32,108 nucleotides of DNA. Source: a virus. Lineage: Duplodnaviria; Caudoviricetes. A program made the translations under genes and the position numbers. The DNA lies in IMG/VR virus record IMGVR_UViG_3300020436_000044, positions 1 through 32,108 of that record, one strand, 5' to 3'. Every line of letters begins with the position of its first letter. Position 1 is the stretch's first letter. This document shows positions 28,297 to 32,108 of this stretch, in pieces. The notes beneath the pieces were generated by a model. It saw only the letters and a program-made list of their open reading frames with translations. It was not told the DNA's origin and searched no databases.

Positions 28297-29125
28297 TAAA
28301 GCCACTCTCAAAGAATATTGCTTAAGACAGCTTGGTAAACCTGTTATTGAGATCAATGTTGATGATGATCAAGTAGATGATTTGCTTGATGATACCATAC
28401 AACTTTTCAATGAAAGGGTTTATGATGGTGTCGAGAGGATGTATTTGAAATATAAACTCACTGAAAATGATATTACAAATGGTGGTGGTGGAAGTGCCAA
28501 TGCAGGCAGAAATGAAACTATCACTGCTACAGATACTAATGATGGTGCTTCTGGTACTTCTCGTACTCTAAATTTTGATCAAGGAAGAGGATATTTAACA
28601 TTACCTGATCATATTATAGGTGTTGAAGGAATCAAAAAGGTTTCTAACACTATGGTCAACAATATGTTTGGTTTTAGATACCAATTCTTTTTAAATGATT
28701 TCTATAATTTCTATGCATATGATATTCTTAACATGGAAATCACATTACAGTATCTAGAAACATTAAATTTTTTAATTGAAGGTAATAAAGATATTAGATA
28801 TAATAAGGTAACAAATAGATTATACATTGATATTGATTGGGATTTAGCACAAGCTAATGATTACATTGTTATAGACTGTTATAGAGCTTTAGACCCTACG
28901 ACATTTACTAAAGTATATAACGAAAGATTTGTAAAAAGATATGCTACTGCAAAAATTAAAAAGCAGTGGGGTCAAAATTTAATAAAATTTACTGGTATTA
29001 AAATGCCTGGCGGAGTCGAGTTTAATGGTAGACAAATATATGATGATGCTACTCAAGAATTAAGCACTATTGAGGAGCAAATGTTATCAACATATGAAAC
29101 ACCACCATTAGATTTCGTAGGATGA
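28280..29125 (+). CDS. gp13: Neck protein gp13
   Basis: LKEYCLRQLGKPVIEINVDDDQVDD; VKRYATAKIKKQWGQNLIKFTGIKMPGGVEFNG; C-terminal PPLDFVG. Confidence 0.95.
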   Translation: MASPNSKATLKEYCLRQLGKPVIEINVDDDQVDDLLDDTIQLFNERVYDGVERMYLKYKLTENDITNGGGGSANAGRNETITATDTNDGASGTSRTLNFDQGRGYLTLPDHIIGVEGIKKVSNTMVNNMFGFRYQFFLNDFYNFYAYDILNMEITLQYLETLNFLIEGNKDIRYNKVTNRLYIDIDWDLAQANDYIVIDCYRALDPTTFTKVYNERFVKRYATAKIKKQWGQNLIKFTGIKMPGGVEFNGRQIYDDATQELSTIEEQMLSTYETPPLDFVG

Positions 29126-29126
29126 C

Positions 29127-30959
29127 ATGGCTAAAAATGTATACTTTACTATAGGTACTAAGTCTGAACAAAGACTTTATGAAGACTTGATTATTGAGTC
29201 TATGAAAATTTATGGTCTTGACGTATATTATCTACCTAGAGAAATGGTAACAACCGATAGGTTGTTTAGAGAAGATACTCTTTCTAAATTTGATGAGAAC
29301 TATCTCATAGAAATGTATCTTACAAATTATGATGGATTCCAAGGTGATGGAACATTACTAACAAAATTTGGTGTAAGAATATCAGAAGAAGCAACCTTTG
29401 TTGTATCAAGACGTAGATGGGAAGATTTAATACAAGCAAAATCAAATAATCTTGTTTCAGCTGAAAGACCAAATGAAGGAGATGCAATATATTTCCCATT
29501 AACAAAACAGTTATTCCAAATTAAATTTGTAGAGAATGAAACACCTCTAAGACCTCTTGGAGATGTACCTACATTTACACTCGTTACTGAACTCATGGAG
29601 TTTGCTGATGAGAGACTTGAAACTGGTCTTGATGAAATAGATAAGATTGCTGCAGAAACAGCATACTCTATTGTTCATAAAATTACTAGTGGTATCAAGT
29701 ACATTCACGTTACTTCTGCTGGAACTGGATATGGTGCTGGTACAACAGTCTCATTCAATACTTTAGCTGGTGCTGTTCCTCCCACAAATATTGTTCCTAC
29801 AATTACAAATGGATCTGTAGCTTCAATTGCAATATCTAATCCTGGCAGTGGATATACAACAACTGCTCCAACAGTAACAATTACTGGCACTGGAACTAAT
29901 GCTACAGCAGAAGCAATTCTATCTGTTGGAGGTAATTTTAAATTTGGTGAATTAGTACATGGTACAAAGTTTACAGCAGATGTAATTGGATCTAATCCAA
30001 ATGCTTCTTTCAATTTAACAAACGTATTTACGATTCGTAAAGCAGGAAGTGGATATACTACTGCACCTCTAGTTACAATTGGAAAACCTGATGCCCAAAC
30101 TGCAACAGCTACTACCTCTCTGTTATCTGGTGCAGTTGATACGGTAGCTTTAACATCTGGTGGAGAAGGATATCCCGATAACTTAACCAATGTTCCTACT
30201 ACTGGTGGTACTGGTACAGGATTAAAAGTAAATACTACAGCTGTTAATGGAGTTATTACTAGTGTAACAATCCATACTAATGGTAATGGATATACAGTTG
30301 GTGATACCATTAATATAGTTCCAAATGGGTTTGGTGGAACTCAGGCAGTAATTACATTATCTGCTGTATCTAGTCGTGTATCTTCAGTTGTAATGACTAG
30401 TGGTGGTAGTGGATACACATCTACACCTACAGTTACATTATCTGCTCCAGAAACATCTGGAGGAACTACAGCTACAGCTACAGCAAATATGAGTGGTGGT
30501 GCTATTGCCTCAATTACGGTAACAAATGCTGGTACTGGATATACATCTTCACCTACAGTTACCATTGCTGAACCGACTAAAGTACAAGCACTTGCACAAG
30601 CAACAGTAACAAATGGAACTATTTCTGCTGTAACTTTAACTACTGCTGGTAATGGTTATGTAAGTAAACCTAGAATCATTATTGCTCCATCTCCAAGTGA
30701 ACCAAAAGGTAAGGTTGCAAGATGGGATGTGACAAACAAAGAATTAGAACTTATAGATATAGTAGGAACATTCTCTGATGATGATACTTTGATTGGTGCA
30801 GAATCACAATCTGAAACTGTGATAGATACCTTCAGTAGTATAGAAAACGAGAACGCATCTAATTCTGAAAACGCTTGGTTTGAAACTGAGGGTGATAATT
30901 TATTGGATTGGACAGAAGGCAATCCATTTGGTGAAGTTGGTAATTCTGGAGTATTCTAA
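29127..30959 (+). CDS. gp14: Neck protein gp14, enlarged by GxGY repeat insertions
   Basis: EQRLYEDLIIESMKIYGLDVYYLPRE; TKFGVRI; RPNEGDAIYFP..LFQIKFVE; C-terminal DWTEGNPFGE. Confidence 0.93.
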   Translation: MAKNVYFTIGTKSEQRLYEDLIIESMKIYGLDVYYLPREMVTTDRLFREDTLSKFDENYLIEMYLTNYDGFQGDGTLLTKFGVRISEEATFVVSRRRWEDLIQAKSNNLVSAERPNEGDAIYFPLTKQLFQIKFVENETPLRPLGDVPTFTLVTELMEFADERLETGLDEIDKIAAETAYSIVHKITSGIKYIHVTSAGTGYGAGTTVSFNTLAGAVPPTNIVPTITNGSVASIAISNPGSGYTTTAPTVTITGTGTNATAEAILSVGGNFKFGELVHGTKFTADVIGSNPNASFNLTNVFTIRKAGSGYTTAPLVTIGKPDAQTATATTSLLSGAVDTVALTSGGEGYPDNLTNVPTTGGTGTGLKVNTTAVNGVITSVTIHTNGNGYTVGDTINIVPNGFGGTQAVITLSAVSSRVSSVVMTSGGSGYTSTPTVTLSAPETSGGTTATATANMSGGAIASITVTNAGTGYTSSPTVTIAEPTKVQALAQATVTNGTISAVTLTTAGNGYVSKPRIIIAPSPSEPKGKVARWDVTNKELELIDIVGTFSDDDTLIGAESQSETVIDTFSSIENENASNSENAWFETEGDNLLDWTEGNPFGEVGNSGVF

Positions 30960-32026
30960 TGTTAGGAAAACATTTTTATCACGAAATTCTTAGAAAAACT
31001 ATTATTGGTTTTGGAACTATATTTAATAATATAGAATTACAAAGAACCGATAGTTCTGGGAATGTCGTACAAACAATTAAAGTTCCTTTGAACTATGGCC
31101 CAAGAGAAAAGTTTCTTGCAAGAATAGAAGCTGAACCTTCATTGGATGGTCGTGCTGAAACACAAATTACATTACCTAGAATTGCATTTGAAATGAAAGG
31201 TATTAATTATGATCCATCTAGAAAATTAGGTCCTGTACAAATACAAAGATCACAAAAAACTAGTGATACAGACAAGAGTTACTCTACATATAGTCCTGTA
31301 CCATATAACTGTGAATTTGAATTAAACATTTTAAGTAAAAATAACGAAGACTCTGTACAAATATTAGAACAGATTCTACCTTATTTTCAACCGATGTTTA
31401 ATATTACAATTAATCTAATAACATCAATTAGTGAAAAGAAAGATATACCTATTATTTTAAATAACGTTGGAATATATGATGATTATGAAGCAGATATGAC
31501 TACAAGAAGAACCTTGATTCATACTCTTAATTTTACAGCAAAAACATATCTATACGGACCTGTATCTACTGCTGAAATGATTAGGAAGGTTAATGTTGAT
31601 ATTAGTGCTGCGATGACAACTGGATCTAGACACGTTAGATACACTACAACACCAGCTGCTAAAGTTGATCAAAACAGAGATGGTACATCAATACCACCTA
31701 CACAATTCAATGTTTCCAGTAACACTATTACCTTAGCAGGTCATGGATTTGTTACTCAAGATAAGGTTACATACAATCAAGATCCATCTGGTACACCTGT
31801 AGGTGGACTAGTTGATAAGAATAATTACTATATAATTAAAATTGATAATGATAATTTCAGAGTTGCAAAATCAAAATCTTATGCAAGACAAGGATTTGCA
31901 ATTGATATTACATCTCAACCTACAGGAAACGACCAGAAGTTCTCCGTTATTAATGAGTTAGATGATGCATTTATGGATGCAGGCGATGACTTTGGATTCA
32001 ATGAAAGCTGGACTAATTACTCATGA
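30959..32026 (+). CDS. gp15: Tail sheath stabiliser / tail completion protein gp15, with an inserted C-terminal domain
   Basis: HFYHEILRKTIIGFGTIFNNI; KVPLNYGPREKFL; TLPRIAFE; PVPYN; QILEQILPYFQP; YLYGP; DDFGFNE. Confidence 0.95.
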   Translation: MLGKHFYHEILRKTIIGFGTIFNNIELQRTDSSGNVVQTIKVPLNYGPREKFLARIEAEPSLDGRAETQITLPRIAFEMKGINYDPSRKLGPVQIQRSQKTSDTDKSYSTYSPVPYNCEFELNILSKNNEDSVQILEQILPYFQPMFNITINLITSISEKKDIPIILNNVGIYDDYEADMTTRRTLIHTLNFTAKTYLYGPVSTAEMIRKVNVDISAAMTTGSRHVRYTTTPAAKVDQNRDGTSIPPTQFNVSSNTITLAGHGFVTQDKVTYNQDPSGTPVGGLVDKNNYYIIKIDNDNFRVAKSKSYARQGFAIDITSQPTGNDQKFSVINELDDAFMDAGDDFGFNESWTNYS

Positions 32027-32108
32027 GTGATACATTCGACAAATTAAATAAGACTTTTAACGTAGAGTCTGACAATACACCACCTACAGAAATTGTAAAA
32101 AATGAGAA
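32023..32108 (+). CDS. gp16: Partial (3'-truncated) probable terminase small subunit gp16
   Basis: ATGA overlap with the gp15 stop; open to the window end (MSDTFDKLNKTFNVESDNTPPTEIVKNE). The call rests mainly on T4 gene order 13-14-15-16. Confidence 0.6.
   Translation, partial: MSDTFDKLNKTFNVESDNTPPTEIVKNE

Noticed and set aside
1679-30922. Many minus-strand and alternative-frame ORFs in the track (60-201 aa)
   Set aside because: All lie inside or overlap long, well-supported + strand genes and show no recognisable motifs; they are shadows of codon bias, especially opposite Thr/Gly/Ala-rich repeats (e.g. 29705-30310).
1-32108. tRNA, CRISPR array, intron or homing endonuclease
   Set aside because: The window is almost fully coding, with gaps of about 50 nt or less, and shows no such signatures.

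Overview
AT-rich, entirely + strand virion-structural operon of a T4-like marine myovirus, most similar in gene content and order to cyanomyoviruses (Kyanoviridae, P-SSM2-like; host not determinable here). Order: partial small membrane-type ORF, minimal SET-domain protein, baseplate gp25, gp6, giant gp7 (4779 aa), gp8, a 2048-aa DUF4815/VrlC-like structural protein, three small ORFs, a fibre, a 57-aa coiled-coil ORF missing from the ORF track, neck gp13 and gp14, gp15, and the start of gp16. T4 late-promoter boxes (TATAAATA) lie in the intergenic gaps. The most striking signal is in gp7. A ~100-aa Cys/YPR/His module occurs 10 times, and seven copies (14504-16738) are nested inside one another with exact bracket matching rather than arranged in tandem, predicting a branched, two-armed protein tree. 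The same domain-inside-domain insertion logic recurs in the rest of gp7 and in the 2048-aa protein, fibre, gp14 and gp15. All family calls come from motif recognition and synteny; no database searches were run.
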